From Lama glama (Eukaryota): DNA of 64,000 nt. This document shows positions 51,016 to 64,000 of the stretch, in pieces. The stretch is taken from assembly GCA_028534125.1 (NCBI GenBank), contig CM052818.1:5830001-5894000 (forward strand). Reading direction: 5' to 3'. A program made the position numbers and the translations under genes. Each line of letters opens with the position of its first letter. The stretch's first letter is position 1. The notes under the pieces are model-generated. The model was not told where the DNA came from. It ran no database searches and saw only the letters and a list, made by a program, of their open reading frames with translations.

Positions 51016-51854
51016 TCTGCAACTGGATATGAATTACCTTTGTATTCTATGGCTCAAAGTGATTCTATGTTCTCACAATAGCCCACACTCAGCCTTTATC
51101 AATTCATTAAAATTATTGGCTAACATCTTTTTACCCACTGTGTGACTATCTTATCTTCCTCCTGTGCTCTGCATAGATTGAATCTGTACTCACGTCCTGT
51201 TTTCTCTTCAGAAGCATCTGTCTTTCCTTAGATCCTGCAACCTCAGCTCTCTCACAGTTTCTCTCATAAAGTAAATGTTTGCCCCCGATGAAATTAGTGA
51301 CTGAAATTCACTCTCATTGCAACTCTTGTATAATTGCTTAGATAGAGTTGGCTGTCATTTATTAAGTATACGCATAAGTGTCATTTATGTTGTGTTAAGT
51401 GTAAATACCGTTTCTCTGGTAGGGGAAGGAATTGTGAACACTCTGATTTATAACAAAGTCCAACCGTCTTAGCCTGGCTTTCAAAGCTCTCCTTACCCCA
51501 GGCACTAACTACACTTCAAGGCTCCGTATGATCCCACTTCTCTGCAGGGATGTTCAGGCGTATGCAGGATGCCCTCCTTAAACATGTCCACCCTGCATCT
51601 TTTCTGACTCCGACTACCATTTATTCAGAGTGCCTTTCCACATTACTACTGCCAGTCTTCCCCTTTTTTCATCCATCAAGGCTCAGCTGGACTTTATGCA
51701 TACCTTCTTTGCTGAGCGCTCACGCTGTCGGAGCTCTATACTGACAGGCAGCAACAGTAACTGAGCCACAACCCTTGCCCTCAGGGAGCTCACGGTCTTC
51801 AGTTAGGTTCTTCTCTGAATAAGTGCTTTGTCTGCGAGGGGGATGGTGGTGGTG

Positions 51855-52000
51855 ATGATGATGACAGCTAACCTTTACTGATTAACCTTTTCTTAATCTT
51901 TTGTTTCTATAAGCGCTTTTAATCATCACAACCATCCTAGGAGATTATTATTTTTATCCTGATTTTACAATGGAGAAATTGAGCAGAGGGAATTTAATAA
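51855..52000 (-). mobile_element. MIR SINE
   Basis: TTTAATCATCACAACCATCCTAGGAG...TATCCTGATTTTACAATGGAGAAATTGAG. Confidence 0.7.
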
Positions 52001-53564
52001 TAAATGAATAAAACAATAAAATAAATGAATGATTTTTGCTTCTTAAAAAATTCAGCTGCATTAAATAAGGCACTGACACTTTGGATGCTGTTCAAATCTG
52101 AACTGTTTTTTTCTTTTTCCTGCTACTTCCCGCTTGATAACACTAAAGAGAGATTACGCTCTTGTTCAAACATGTGGTGTTCTGATCTCCTTTTTATAAA
52201 TGTGTATTCTTCTCTTGGAGTGCCCTTTAAACTCTGTGAACTCTCTGAGTAAGAAAAAGGACACAGAGATGGTGAAGGAAATATACTCTGCCTCTCCTCC
52301 CAAACACACAGTCAGTTTAGATAAGATCCTCTATTGCAACCAGAGTTTTGAGTCTGCTGTGGCTATAGACCTGGAAAGCTCTAAAAAACAGGAAAGGCGC
52401 CCACCAGCAGTGTTAGTTTAGGTCTTACTATCAGAGAAGTAATGTTGGAATGGCCAATAGCGTAAGGGAGGAGTCTGCATATTTATTCATCTTTTTCACA
52501 AAGATGTATTGATGACTACTACGTAGCTGGTCTTATGAGGGGTGCCTGGCATATAAAAGCAAACCCAGACACCTGGTCTCTGCCTTCAGTACTTGCAGCC
52601 TATGAGAATATTCCAAGACTACGACCTGGCACAATTGGGAAAAACGTCTGCAGTTACGTTGGGCCCCCGTGTTCCTCATGTCTCAGCAGCAATCACTACA
52701 GACTTTCAAACCAGTCTGTCAGCCAACCAGTCGGACCAAAGACTGGGGCTCAGGAGACTCAAACCACAGTAGTGGAACTAGTTTCCATCCTGAGCCTGGA
52801 GTCCTAAGTGGGCTTGGAGACAATTTCAACCCTCCCATGCCGTCCTCCCTCTGAGATGGGCTTGCCCGTTTCCCACGGTCTGTTGAGACTAGAGTCTGCC
52901 CTGAACCCCAGCGCACTTGACCTAGACAGGGGTATCTTAACCTTGTGCTTCACTGTTGCATCCAGCATGTGCCAGAGACACTTCGAGTTCTTGTAGGCTT
53001 CTTCCCTTAAAAGCTGGACCCCGCTTCTGGTAACTCCAGCTGCTGGCCGGGGTCTTATTCCAAGCAGATGGACCACCCAAAACCATGACATTGTCGGCTT
53101 CCTGACTTCAGACATCACCGCTGTCTGGGGGCTGTTGCCTCTGTACCATGTCCTCCAGCTCCAAATCCCCCCAAATGTCAGCCAGTGCCGGGTGGGAGAC
53201 TGTTTGCTCCACTCTTTGTGCTGGTGGCCACTCTCCCATGAAACCAACTCTTCAGATCGGGTAAAGCTTCCAACACCAGTCCTGTCTTTTACCACTTCTT
53301 CCCGGACCCGACAGCCGGCTGCTAAGTCCTAGCGGGCCTCTCATCAAAGCCCTCCAGAGATGTGACAAGCTTTTGTTCCTGGTTGTTAATCCTGGTTTTT
53401 ATTGTCTTGTGAGCTCATGTGCCAACGTCTGGCACTTTATCCATTGACCTCTTCTTATTTTCCCACAGCAACACAAAGATTTTTCCATAGGAATGCTCTG
53501 AACTCCTGTGGTGTGTCTTCTGACCGAGTGCCTTCTCCCAAGGTCAACAGTGAAAGCTGGAGTT

Positions 53565-53705
53565 GGCGTGTGTCAGGAGACGCGAGTTTCCACGCTGTGC
53601 CACCATCTGGCTGCGTGGGCTTTGGGCAATTCCATGCCCTTTGCTGTGACTCAGTTTCCTAGTTGGTAAAACATAAAGGATTGGCCATAAGATTTCTGAT
53701 GCCTT
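53565..53705 (+). mobile_element. MIR SINE
   Basis: GCTGCGTGGGCTTTGGGCAA...CTGTGACTCAGTTTCCTAGTTGGTAAAA. Confidence 0.65.
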
Positions 53706-56176
53706 CCTGCTTCCAGATTTCTTGACGTGAAGTTGGCTGAGAATAACTTATTCAAGCAACTCTCACCTTGTTTCCCTGTTTCCGATGCCCATCAGAAAAC
53801 ACTACCACTCAGCTGAAACTTCTCACCTCTCTCTCCAGCTTTGGATGAAGTGTATTCCTCAGTAAGACATATGTATCCCTTGATTTTGACTTCCCTGTCC
53901 ATTATTCTTTGATGTCTTGAATTTACAGGATATTTTATTCTTTCCAGGCTCTTTTCATGATGATTGTCCTCCTGGACCCTATTTATTATTCAGTCTCTCT
54001 CTTTTTCTTTGTATCTTGTCTCCCCTCCCCTCCTGTTCTCTCTCTTTTTCACTCTCTCTCCTCCCATCTTTCCTCCCTCTTAAGAGTCAGACATTTGATG
54101 CTTTGAGAAGTAAGATATTTCTTCACCCAAGGCAGCACAACTAGTTGGTGGCAGATCCGGAACTAGAATTCAGGTCTCCTGACAACAAGTTTAATAGATA
54201 TTGGACTTTCCCTTGCCCCCTCCCCTCCTCACTGAGCTTTTTTTTTTTTTTTTTAACAGCTATTGTATTGAATTCCTCCAGTATTGCTAATGTTCTGCCT
54301 TCTCCCATGACCCGGGAGGGTCTGAGTACTAAAAGAATGGATGAAATGAATTATTCTCTTCTCCCAGTAGAAGGTCTCTAGCAGGCAGCGTGGATCATTT
54401 TCCCAAGGTACCCATCTCTCTGGACCATAAGGACTGTCACCACGTGGTTCTCTGGTTCAGCTCTTCTGACGTTTCATCACATTTAATCAACTCAGCAATC
54501 AGAGGAATTCCAAACAGTCAGAAAAGAAGAAGCCGAAAATGAGTTTTACCCAACGATGGCCTAGTTTCACTGGCCGGGCCATGAGCTACCAAGGTTGCAT
54601 AATTCAGAATTTTCCCAAGAGCTGAAAGAACTGTGTGTGTTCCATACATTTCGGTATCAGGAAGGAGGGATTAAGTGAATGTTTTCAGTTTCACAGGAAA
54701 AGGTAATAAAAATACAAGTATATTTTGGGTCAGGTTCAATTTCTGCTTGGTTCTTCCAAATCTCTCTGAAGAAAATAGATTGTAGCACAACAGAAATTTT
54801 AACACCCGAGCAGATAACACTCCTTTACCACAGTTCAGGTAGTTATCAGTTCCCCAGTACAAACCTAATTATACACCACGCCGAACATAGCAAGCTTAAT
54901 AAAATGGGGGGAAAGTTAAAGATAGCGGGTCAGATCTGTCAGTCATAGTAAGACCATCATTAGTTACTATTTTAATGGTTCATTTGATTAAATGCTAAGC
55001 TATTGTCTTGTAATTATGTGTATTCAAGGGAAAAATACTCAAGTTCAATTAGGAATGTATCTGGCACTGCACTATGTTTAATGAAGTCGCAACATCATCA
55101 TAATAAGCAGGGAGTGATGAAAATCTTCTTTTGAAATTGCAGGAGATGTATCTGCAGAGAAGTAGCTAGCACGTGTAATATGATGAGTTCCCTTAAATGG
55201 CTCAACTGTTGATCAAAAAAGCAAATTATATAAGTGGATACTGCGAGGCAGAAACATGTGGACACAGCTGGAGTGTCATGTGTCACGGTTCCAGTCACTG
55301 CCAGCTGGCGGTCACACAAAGGCAGGCCAAGCCAAACAATTACTGTTATTCATAAGAGCAAATGTGCATTCCATACACACAGTGCAGGCTTTATGAAATA
55401 ACTGAGCATTCAGATGCATCCAGACAGCCGAGCTGTTTTTTCATCACATGTCCCTGGGTGCCAGGCCAATATGGCAAACTGATTCTGCTATTCAGAAACT
55501 CTTATCTTTACCCAATTAACCAAATCACTGTGACGTGTGAGAGTTCTTCATGCACTTTGCTGAGCGTGTCAAACCAGCCGTCTTACCAGGGGCAGATGCA
55601 CAGCTTCTGGAAGCAATCTGTTTCATTCTTTTTGTTTTTTTTCCTTCAGCTGTAAATACCCCATTAGACCACAGCCTGTTACCAGCCAGAGTTTGGAATC
55701 AGCGTCTAACATCTGACCATACATGGGAATTCTGTGCGCCTGTGTGATGGATGTCTTCCAAGATGTTGCCTTGGGAGGGTCAAGGATGGCCAAGGGGCAG
55801 GCAGCAGCAATTCATACTCTTGTTGAAGGGAAAAAAAAATCAATCGGAGAATATTCCAAAAGATAGTCTAGTAATGTACTGAGATGAGAATCCCTGGATT
55901 GCTTAAAATGTAGACCCCAAAGGAAGGAGAAAGAATACGGAGCTGTTGTTTTCATAATTTTTATCTATTTTCTTCAAATAAAATGTACCCATAGCTCCTT
56001 GCCTATTATTTCCGTCAAGAGACAAGGTCATGGGCACATGTGAAGATGTGCGCCATCACGTCACTGCACACAGCCAGGTCAGAACAGAAAGAATGCTGGA
56101 GAGGAAGGTGTGGATCACTGGACGGTGAATGGTTATACCTTATCCCTCCAAAGAAGAGACGGGTACTCTGTCTACA

Positions 56177-56510
56177 CAGCACTGTCCACCAGAAATACAA
56201 TGTGAGCCGTATTTGTGACATAAGATCTTCTAGTAGCCACACTCCACAAAGCAAAAAAGGAACAAGTGAAATTAACTTTAACAAAATACTTTATTTAATC
56301 CAATATATCTAAGACATCATCATCTAAGACATCATCGTTTCAACATATAATCAACGTAAAAGCACTAACAAGATATTTTATAGTTTTTTGTACCAAGACT
56401 TGAAGTGTGGTGTGCCTTTCACACATACAACCCACCTCAAGTTGGACGAGCCACATTTTAAGGGCTTAGTAGCCACATGTGGCCCATGGCTACCAATTTG
56501 GACAGCGCAG
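56177..56510 (+). mobile_element. MER33 (hAT-Charlie) non-autonomous DNA transposon, near full length
   Basis: Inverted termini CAGCACTGTCCA...TGGACAGCGCAG; internal TTCTAGTAGCCACA, GTGAAATTAACTTTAACAAAATACTTTATTTAATCCAATATATC and TAGCCACATGTGGC. Confidence 0.85.
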
Positions 56511-57261
56511 CACCAGACTTCCGACAGTGGGAATTTCAAGTGTGCCCAAGCTCGCTTTGTCCAGGGCCATGGAGTAACATCTAATACACCGACCGAACAG
56601 TCAGATATTCTGCTTCTGGTCTTAACTCTGCTGTCAATCTCCCTCCTCCTTAGTTCATTTATCCATAAGATGGAGGGAGCAGCATCTGCCTTACCACTTC
56701 TGTGTGTTCTTTGAGAGTTCAAATTAGATTGCAGATGACTATTTTGAGAAACAATGTTCTATAAACATCAGATTCAGCAAAACACCTGAAAACTTGTTGT
56801 CGCCGAAAACTTGGAGCTGAAAGTTCTAAGAAGTGAGGAAAGCCATTCTAGTCCTTAGTTCTCTGTGCCTTGTTACTCCTTTCAGACGATAGGTTTTAAA
56901 ATCAGATATGATTTTAAAGGCTCAAGTCCCCCTCACTACCTATAAAGGTCTGTGGAGGATTTTTAAAAAATAATCCAAGAATTTTAAAGCCTCCATGATA
57001 AGGTCATCATTATTTTGTATATTCCTGTACCAGCCCCTAAGGCACCATATCAAAGGCTATCAATCCAGATCTGCCATAGTTACCATATTTAGCATTATAA
57101 GTGTTTGCCAAGACTAAGACTGTTGGTAACAATGACAACCATCTTTGTATGCATAGAGACTCATGTCTTAAGTTCAAAATCATAATCATGATGGTAATGC
57201 TTCTACACAGTGCCTTAAACTCTAGAAGGATTTTCAGATTGGCTACATTTATTCCTTAGTT

Positions 57262-58520
57262 CAGCCTTTTTGATACCGTTGTAAATGAGACTGCTGTCTT
57301 ACTTTCTCTTCCTGATGGCTCATTATTTCATTTACTTGAGATTTCTGTATTTTTTCTTGGTAAATTCAGCTAAAGATTTGTGTGTTTTGTTTATCATTTC
57401 AAAAAACTAGTTTTAGTTTCATTGATTTTTTTCTTCCTGTTGTCTTTTTAGACTATTTCATTCACTTCCACTCTGCTCTTGGTTAATTTCTTCCTTTGAC
57501 TAACCTTAGGTTTAGTTTGTTCTCCTTTTTCTATTTCGTGGAAGTGTAAAGTTAGGTTATTTATTTGAGATCTTTATTTTTCTTAATATAGGCATTTATT
57601 GCTATAAAATTCCCTCTAAGAACTGCTTTTGCTGTGTCCCATAATTTTTGGTATGTTGCGTTTCCATTTTCATTTGTCTCAAGATTTTTTTTTTAATGTC
57701 TCTTGATTTCTCCTTTGCCCCATTAGTTGTTCAGGAGCATGTTGCTTAATAGCCACATATCTGTGTATTTTCTAGCTTTCTTCTTGTAATTGATTTCTAG
57801 TTTCATGCCATTGTGGTCAGAAAAGATGCTTGATACGATTTCAATCCTCTTAAATGTGTTAAGACTTGTTTTGTGACATATCATGTGATTTATCCTGGAG
57901 AATGTCCTATACCTGTTTGAAAAGAATGCGTATTCTGTTGCTGTTGAACAGATTCTGTATGTATCTGTTAGGTTCATTTGATTAACAAGGAGTTTAAGTC
58001 CAATGTTTCCTTATTGATTTTCTGCCTGATGATTTATCCATTTTTGAAAGTAGGACATTGAAGTCCTCTAATATTGTATTGCTGTCTATTTTTCCCTTCA
58101 GGTTTGTTAATATTTGCTTTATATATCTGTGTGCTCCTATGTTGAGTGCATAAGTACTTACTACTCTTATACCCTCTTGGTGAACTTACCCCTTTATCAT
58201 TATATGATACCTTCTTTGTCTCTTATTGCAGTCTTTGGATTAAAGTCTATTTTGTCTGATATAAGTATAGGTACCCCTGCTTTCTTTTGGCTTCTATTTT
58301 CATGGAATATCTTTTTTCATTCTTCACTTTCAGTGTACGTGCTTCCTTAAAGCTGAAGTGAGTCTCATGTAGGCAGTGATAGTTCAGTTTTGTTTTTCTA
58401 TCCATTCAGCCACAATATGCCCTTTGATTGGAGAATTTAGTCCATTTACATTTAAAATAATTATTGCCAGGTATGGACTTACTATTGCCATTTGGTTAGC
58501 TGTTTTCTAATTGTTCAGTA
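57262..58520 (-). mobile_element. LINE-1 ORF2 endonuclease-region fragment
   Basis: ORF 57723-57977 TDTYR..ATEYAFFS..RTFSRINHMICHKTSLNTFKRIEIVSSIFSDHNGMKLEIN matches the L1 endonuclease domain, including the SDH motif. Confidence 0.95.
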
Positions 58521-58824
58521 TTTCTTGAATGAGTGAATGGATGAACAAATGAATTAAATACTTATTCAACTGAAACTTTTTTACCATTATTTTCCCAAAT
58601 CATTAGTACAAAGTTTTCATCGAGTAAAATGCTTCCTCCCTCTCCCACCATGTGATTACAATGCAAAGGCACTCATCTTAGAAAAATCATGCCTCAGTTT
58701 GCAACAAAGCTTTAAACCTTAAGGCAGACCAACAAGAATTGCCAGTGGTAGCTCAGCTGGAAGAATGTAACACCTTAAGTTAGGTGTGGTATGTGGCCTA
58801 AAACATGGGACACTCATGACTGTT

Positions 58825-58960
58825 TTGCTCATTCATTCATTCACTCATTCATTAATTCAACAAATACTACTTGAGTATGCTGTTATGTGTCCCCTAAGCA
58901 CTGGGGAGATATTGATGATCAAAGCCCCTAACATGTTCTCTGTCCCCATGGGCTTATCAA
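58825..58960 (-). mobile_element. L2 3' end
   Basis: CATTCATTCATTCACTCATTCATTAATTCAACAAATACTACTTGAGTATG. Confidence 0.8.
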
Positions 58961-61149
58961 CTACTTGTTTCCTTCAGAATGTTGGGTATAAGATGTGCAG
59001 ACGTTTCTCAGTGTCTGTCCATCAGAAGATGAAAATAAAGCTTCTTTTAGCTTTCACGTTAAGAAAATTAAGTCTCACTTTTAATTCTTCCTTCCCCACC
59101 CTCACTACCCCCAGATTTCAGAAGTTTGACTAATAGCACTCATCCATGGAACCACTCCAACAGCCACTCCTGGTGCATGTCCAAGTTCATTAGAAATGAA
59201 TCTCCTCTCCTCTGCCTTTTCCAGGAACAGCCAAGGACACCGAGGGGGAGGTTCACACTTAAACTGTCGTGGAAAGACCCCAAACCCACATCAGACATCC
59301 TGGCTCCCAGGCCTGTGCACAGGCGGTACACCGACTCTGGCTCAAATCGAAACTGCTTTAGTCACCTCTCAGGATGCCCAGGGCTCCGTCAGAAACTTGA
59401 GCTAAGTGAGGACAGCCCACCTCCAAATGCTCCTTCTCTTTTTTCACATTTTTTTCCATGGCTCCTGACACTTCTTGGCCACCCATCATTTTCTATTTAG
59501 TTGTGGGCAGTCTTCTTATCTTCAAAGTGTTTTCCTTCGCCTTGCAGAGGGAAGTCTACCCCTAAATAAAGTTCTTGGTTTTCTGTGTATCGACTGTCTC
59601 TGCCAGGAGCCCAGCTGCTTTCGGACTCCGGCCACCGGGCTTCGGCCAGCATTTCCGAGTTTCCACTACGGGAATAGATTCCTTGGAAGGAGACTTGCTT
59701 CTTTTGGGCCATAAGGCCTCTTTTCTGAGAGGGGAGACTGAGCGAGGAAGCCCAGGGGAGAGCCGGCTCAGAGGTTCTATGAAAAAGGTTCTTCAGGGCT
59801 GGCTTGAACGGTGGTTTTGTCTGACAGAAGAATCCCTCAGTCTTTCTGGTTTTGGCCACGGCTCCCGGCTTCTTCGTGAGATGTTGATGAATTTGTGCCT
59901 GGTTCCTCTCTCAAGATTACCTCTGTGTTTACACTGTGCTGCCGCGGACTCATTGCTGTATCTTGAATGCTCATTCAAGGGGAGTAACTCAAGGGCTGAC
60001 AGCTGGTGAGGTCATGCCGCAGTCTCGCCAAGGCCCGGCTGCCATTACAATGAAGTAATAATGTATTTATAACACACCTAACCGCTGATGGCTTCTATTG
60101 CTGTGGCTTTTCCCCCTGCCTTTGCACAGATGTTTTTTGAGAACTCAAGAATTGGCCTCCAGAAACAACCTCCTAGCAAACAAACTCTGTCTGTTGACTC
60201 TGGCGGGTGCTTGTAACGAGAGTTGTTAGCACGCGGGATTTATGTTTCAAATATCATTTTAATTTCTTAGGCAGCATTTTTACCACAAGATGTTAATTCA
60301 CGGGTGCACTTCAATCCAAAGTCTCTCTCGCTCACTCTGTGTCCTCTCTCTCTTCCTCTCTTCCTCCTCCCTGCAACCTTCTCCTTTATTTCTCTCTCTG
60401 CTTCTCTCTCTCCTTCTCTTTTAATGAAAGTTAGAAACTTGGTATCCAAGGAAATAGTCTTAATACTTGATTCATTGAAACACAGTGCATTCATTTCCTA
60501 TGGAATTTACTCTGCAATGTCACAGTCTTTGAATTCGATAAATTATGCGCCTTTGCAATCATTAAGCCTGTCTCTTTATCCCCCCAGTGGCAACCCCTTC
60601 ATCACACAGAAGGACACTGCAGTTAGTCCCAACAGGAGCAGCTGATCTTCCCGAGAGATACAAGCTGCATTTCACATTTATCAGGGAATGATGGGAAAGC
60701 ATTTTAAAGAAGACAGTGCACACAGTAGGTTGACATCTGGGATGGAGTCGCATGAGAACTGTGAAGTCTCTTGTAATCTGAGCATCTCCCGATGGTGGTG
60801 GGTCCTTGATGACACCCCTATTGACTTCACAGTTAGCATTCCAGAAATTAACAAAACCCGAAGCTGTTGGAGAGTCTGTCCTGACAATCTCTTTCTCCTA
60901 CAGTCTGGACGCATTTTGTCTCAGCCTCTTAGTCCCCTGGCGGAATCAGCTCTGGAAGCCACCACCTTACACAAAGAACTCCCCTTGCCTCACAAGCCCC
61001 CTCCCCACCCCTCCAAGGCACAAGTAAATATTTCCAAATCCCCACACATCCTTCTTGATTTTTCACTCGCTCTGAAACAGGTGACATCACCTCTGGGACT
61101 TGAGACAGGAGGGTAAAAGCCGCCGTCTCTCTCCCCGTCTAGGGCTTTC

Positions 61150-61480
61150 TGTAATCCAGGGCAGTTGGCTTCTGATACAAACAGTCCATTGATGCTTCTG
61201 AAGCCACAACTCCAAGGCCTCTGCTTGGTCCTGACTCGTGACCTCTTTGAAACTGCAGACTCTGTAGGGCACAGCCTCCTCCAGCCTTCTCCCTGGTTGA
61301 TTTCTGCCACACTCCCCTGGCTGGGTCCTCTCTAGCTTCTCTAGCCATTCTCTTTCCTCTGTTGTTACCTGGTAAATCTTGGGTTGCCTTCTGGCTCTGG
61401 GTCTCCACACTCTCCTGGGCAGTCTTTTCCAACACCCCCCGTCCACAGTTTCAATCACACACATTTCCCGCTCGCTCTGA
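61150..61480 (+). mobile_element. Degraded L2 fragment
   Basis: TCCAAGGCCTCTGCTTGGTCCTGACTCGTGACCTCTTTG...CACAGCCTCCTCC resembles the internal L2 region. Confidence 0.5.
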
Positions 61481-62664
61481 CCCTCACGCCTCTCTAGCTA
61501 CTGGACACACCCACTTCCGGACGTCTGGGAAGGGGTGAATTTCCCACTTGCTGCCTGACGTGTTCCTTTTCCTCCTGCAGCGAGTTCTAGCCCCCAAGAA
61601 GTCCCACCCTTCACTCAGGAGGCCCCACTTGGAATCTCAGCATCACCTCCGTCATCTCCCCTCCTCCGCTGCGGCCCCTCTTGCCTCCTGGTCTACTCCT
61701 TCACTGTTGGCTCTGCCTTTTTACCATCAGGAGAAACGTCTGGATCACTGTGGTGCTTCTCAAACAAACTCGCTGGGCCCTGCCCTGGAGACTGTGACTC
61801 AGCAGGGCTGGGTGGGGCCAGGACTCTGTGTGGTGCTGGAGCTCTGAGGGATGAGGACCGGCAGCCAGGTGGAGAAACACGGCTGGGGAGACGGGCTTTC
61901 TGTTTCCAGACAGCCTGCCCTGGGTTAGGAGGACCCCTCGTCATCCCCCACCTGGGTTTGCCCCTGCCTCCCCAGCTCCCTTCCTCCAATTGGACGCCCT
62001 GCTACAGCCAGAGGAACTTTCTAGACAGACATCCAGTCATGTCATTTCCTTGCTGAAAAACGTGGGCTGCTGTTTTCTGCTGACAGTTCCACAGCCCTTA
62101 TCCTGACCGGTCAGTTGCTCTCGTTCCCCTACCTGGGCGCCTTCCTGACACCTTTCCCACTGGCAGGAAGGGCCACCACCCCTCCTGGGCCCTGCGGATC
62201 AGTCCTGTAGCATGTGCATGACAACTGGAGAAGTTGTTCCAAGTCCAGCTCCAAAGGCAGCACTCACTGGTGGGGGGGGGGCCCTTCTTGGCCAGAGACG
62301 CTCCCTCCTGTGTGTCCCCTGAAGGCCTGGTGCTGCTGGGTTGGCTGCATGTGGGCCTGCTGGCCGCCCCACCCCCCGAGCCCCACCAGCACGGGCGAGG
62401 GGGTCCTTCAAGGCAGAACCCACTGCCTCCCACCTGCCCCTCAGCGCAAGCGGGGATAAGCGCTCGTGGGGGTTCTCACAGATGTACATGGTGTTGTCTC
62501 CAGGTGAGGACCAGGGCAGGGTTTCCCACACACAACACTGCGAAACGATGGACATTTCTTCCTGGTTCTAACAGACCTTTTCCCCTCCTGAGCGCCCACC
62601 CAGCGGGTGGTAACTACTGATGTCTCTGCTGATTCCCTACTGGAGTCACACTGGCGTGGGAAGA

Positions 62665-62875
62665 GGACAAGGGCTCAGAGAGAACAGGGTTCAAATCCAA
62701 GCCTGGCCCTTTCCCTCCATGTGACCCGGGACCAGGCGTTTAACATCTTTGTGCCTCCGCCCCCTCGCCTGTAAAATGAGGTTAATTAGAAGTATCAGCT
62801 GTAGGCATGAAATGAGAATCAAATGGGAGGGCCTGGAGAAAACCCCTGGCCCGTAGTGGACACACGACAAATGCC
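62665..62875 (+). mobile_element. MIR SINE
   Basis: GGGTTCAAATCCAAGCC...TGTGACC...TTAACATCTTTGTGCCTC...CTGTAAAATGAGG. Confidence 0.8.
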
Positions 62876-63079
62876 ACCTTCTGTCTGTTCTCCAGGAACC
62901 AGAGTGCAGTTTAGTCAGTCAAACAGCACACCAAAGGACAGTCCCCGGCTCCCACTGCCGACCTGTCTGCTTTCTCTGGGCTTTGTTGAGACCCTCACTC
63001 CTCACTCCTGCCTACAGAGAGCCCTGTGCCTGCTGGTAAAGCCACAAATGGAAGGCACATTTGGACTCAATGTTTTAGC

Positions 63080-63260
63080 TACCGTCTGACCCCAGAGAAA
63101 TGACTTAATCCCTGTAGATGTCAGTTTTCTCTTCTATAAAATGGGTTAACATCACTACCTAGCTCACAGCTGTGTTGTAGGAATTCATGCTATCACACAC
63201 ACAGGGCCTTTAGTGCCGGGCCTGACACCAAGGCCTCAGTATCTGGTGGTTACTGTCATT
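63080..63260 (+). mobile_element. MIR SINE
   Basis: TCAGTTTTCTCTTCTATAAAATGGG...CTACCTAGCTCACAG..GTTGTAGGAATT...AGTGCCGGGC. Confidence 0.75.
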
Positions 63261-64000
63261 AGGGAAGGGAGACAAGAGTGCTGTCAAGAGCCAACAAAGC
63301 CGTCCCTTTTTGGGGGCGTAACCAAGAAACAGACATCCCTGTCTCAGGGATATTTCTTTTCAGGTTGCCTCCCGATACACTGGGGTTTCTGTTTCACTGC
63401 CTGACAGAAGACTGACTTAAATGCCTCTACCCTCTTGGTAAATTTTGTTGTGCTAGGCAATTTAATGCAATTAATTATAGGATTTAATATAATTATACTT
63501 CTGTAATTAATTTAATAATCCAACTCAATTTAAATTGTTCTTTTTTTTTTTTTGCATAGAGGGTGCAGCTCCTCACCCAAGCCGTCGCCTCAGGCTTCCC
63601 GGAGAGAACCTGGCTCTCTGCCTTTCTTGGATGTTTTGGAAAACAGGAAGGGAGAGCCCTTGAGGTGTTACTCCCTTAATGGATAACTCAAACTTGAGGC
63701 TGCAGAGGAACCTGTGTTTCTGACTGTATGCCTTCCTGGGTGTTTCTACTTACGAGAAAAAACACAGGGTCAAGTTCCAGTGGCCATCCTGGTGAAGCCT
63801 GAATGACTGGACTTACTGGAAACTGCTTTATAAGCCACAGCAATCCTGTCCTACCCATGTGACAAAGGCCATGTTGCTTGGGTCTGTCTCTGTACAACTT
63901 GGCATCCTAGAAAAATTTTCCCAACCCAAGACAGCCTAGTAATGAAGGGTCACTGAGTAACTGTTAGGAGTGAGTGACATGGAAGAGAGGTGGACCAAGA

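Noticed and set aside
1..64000. Host gene or locus identity, and a novel multi-gene system
   Set aside because: No exon, RNA gene, NUMT or viral coding sequence was recognised; naming a locus would be a guess without alignment

Overview
Mammalian nuclear DNA, most likely camelid (camel, alpaca or llama), inferred from two tRNA-derived SINEs that resemble the camelid Vic-1 family at about 17.7 kb and 49.9 kb. I found no host protein-coding exon I can recognise. The ORF track is mostly chance ORFs or decayed L1 ORF2 and Tigger2 transposase. The window looks intergenic or intronic, with many old repeats (L2, MIR, CR1/L3, MLT1, LTR33/16-like, MER33, L1M, Tigger2) and younger L1 3' fragments, three of which carry twin-priming inversions. 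Non-repeat signals are one small CpG island with an NRF1 motif (about 21.8-22.3 kb) and several repeat-poor blocks rich in homeodomain motifs that may be enhancers. The most unusual observations are DNA-repair scars: a 79-bp insert made of two exact local copies joined in reverse order at a 4-bp microhomology, a 52-bp exact copy preceded by stuttered repeats, a fold-back palindrome, and a tail-less L1 patch. I found no support for a new multi-gene system. Repeat names come from recalled consensus sequences, not a database search, and most repeat boundaries are approximate.
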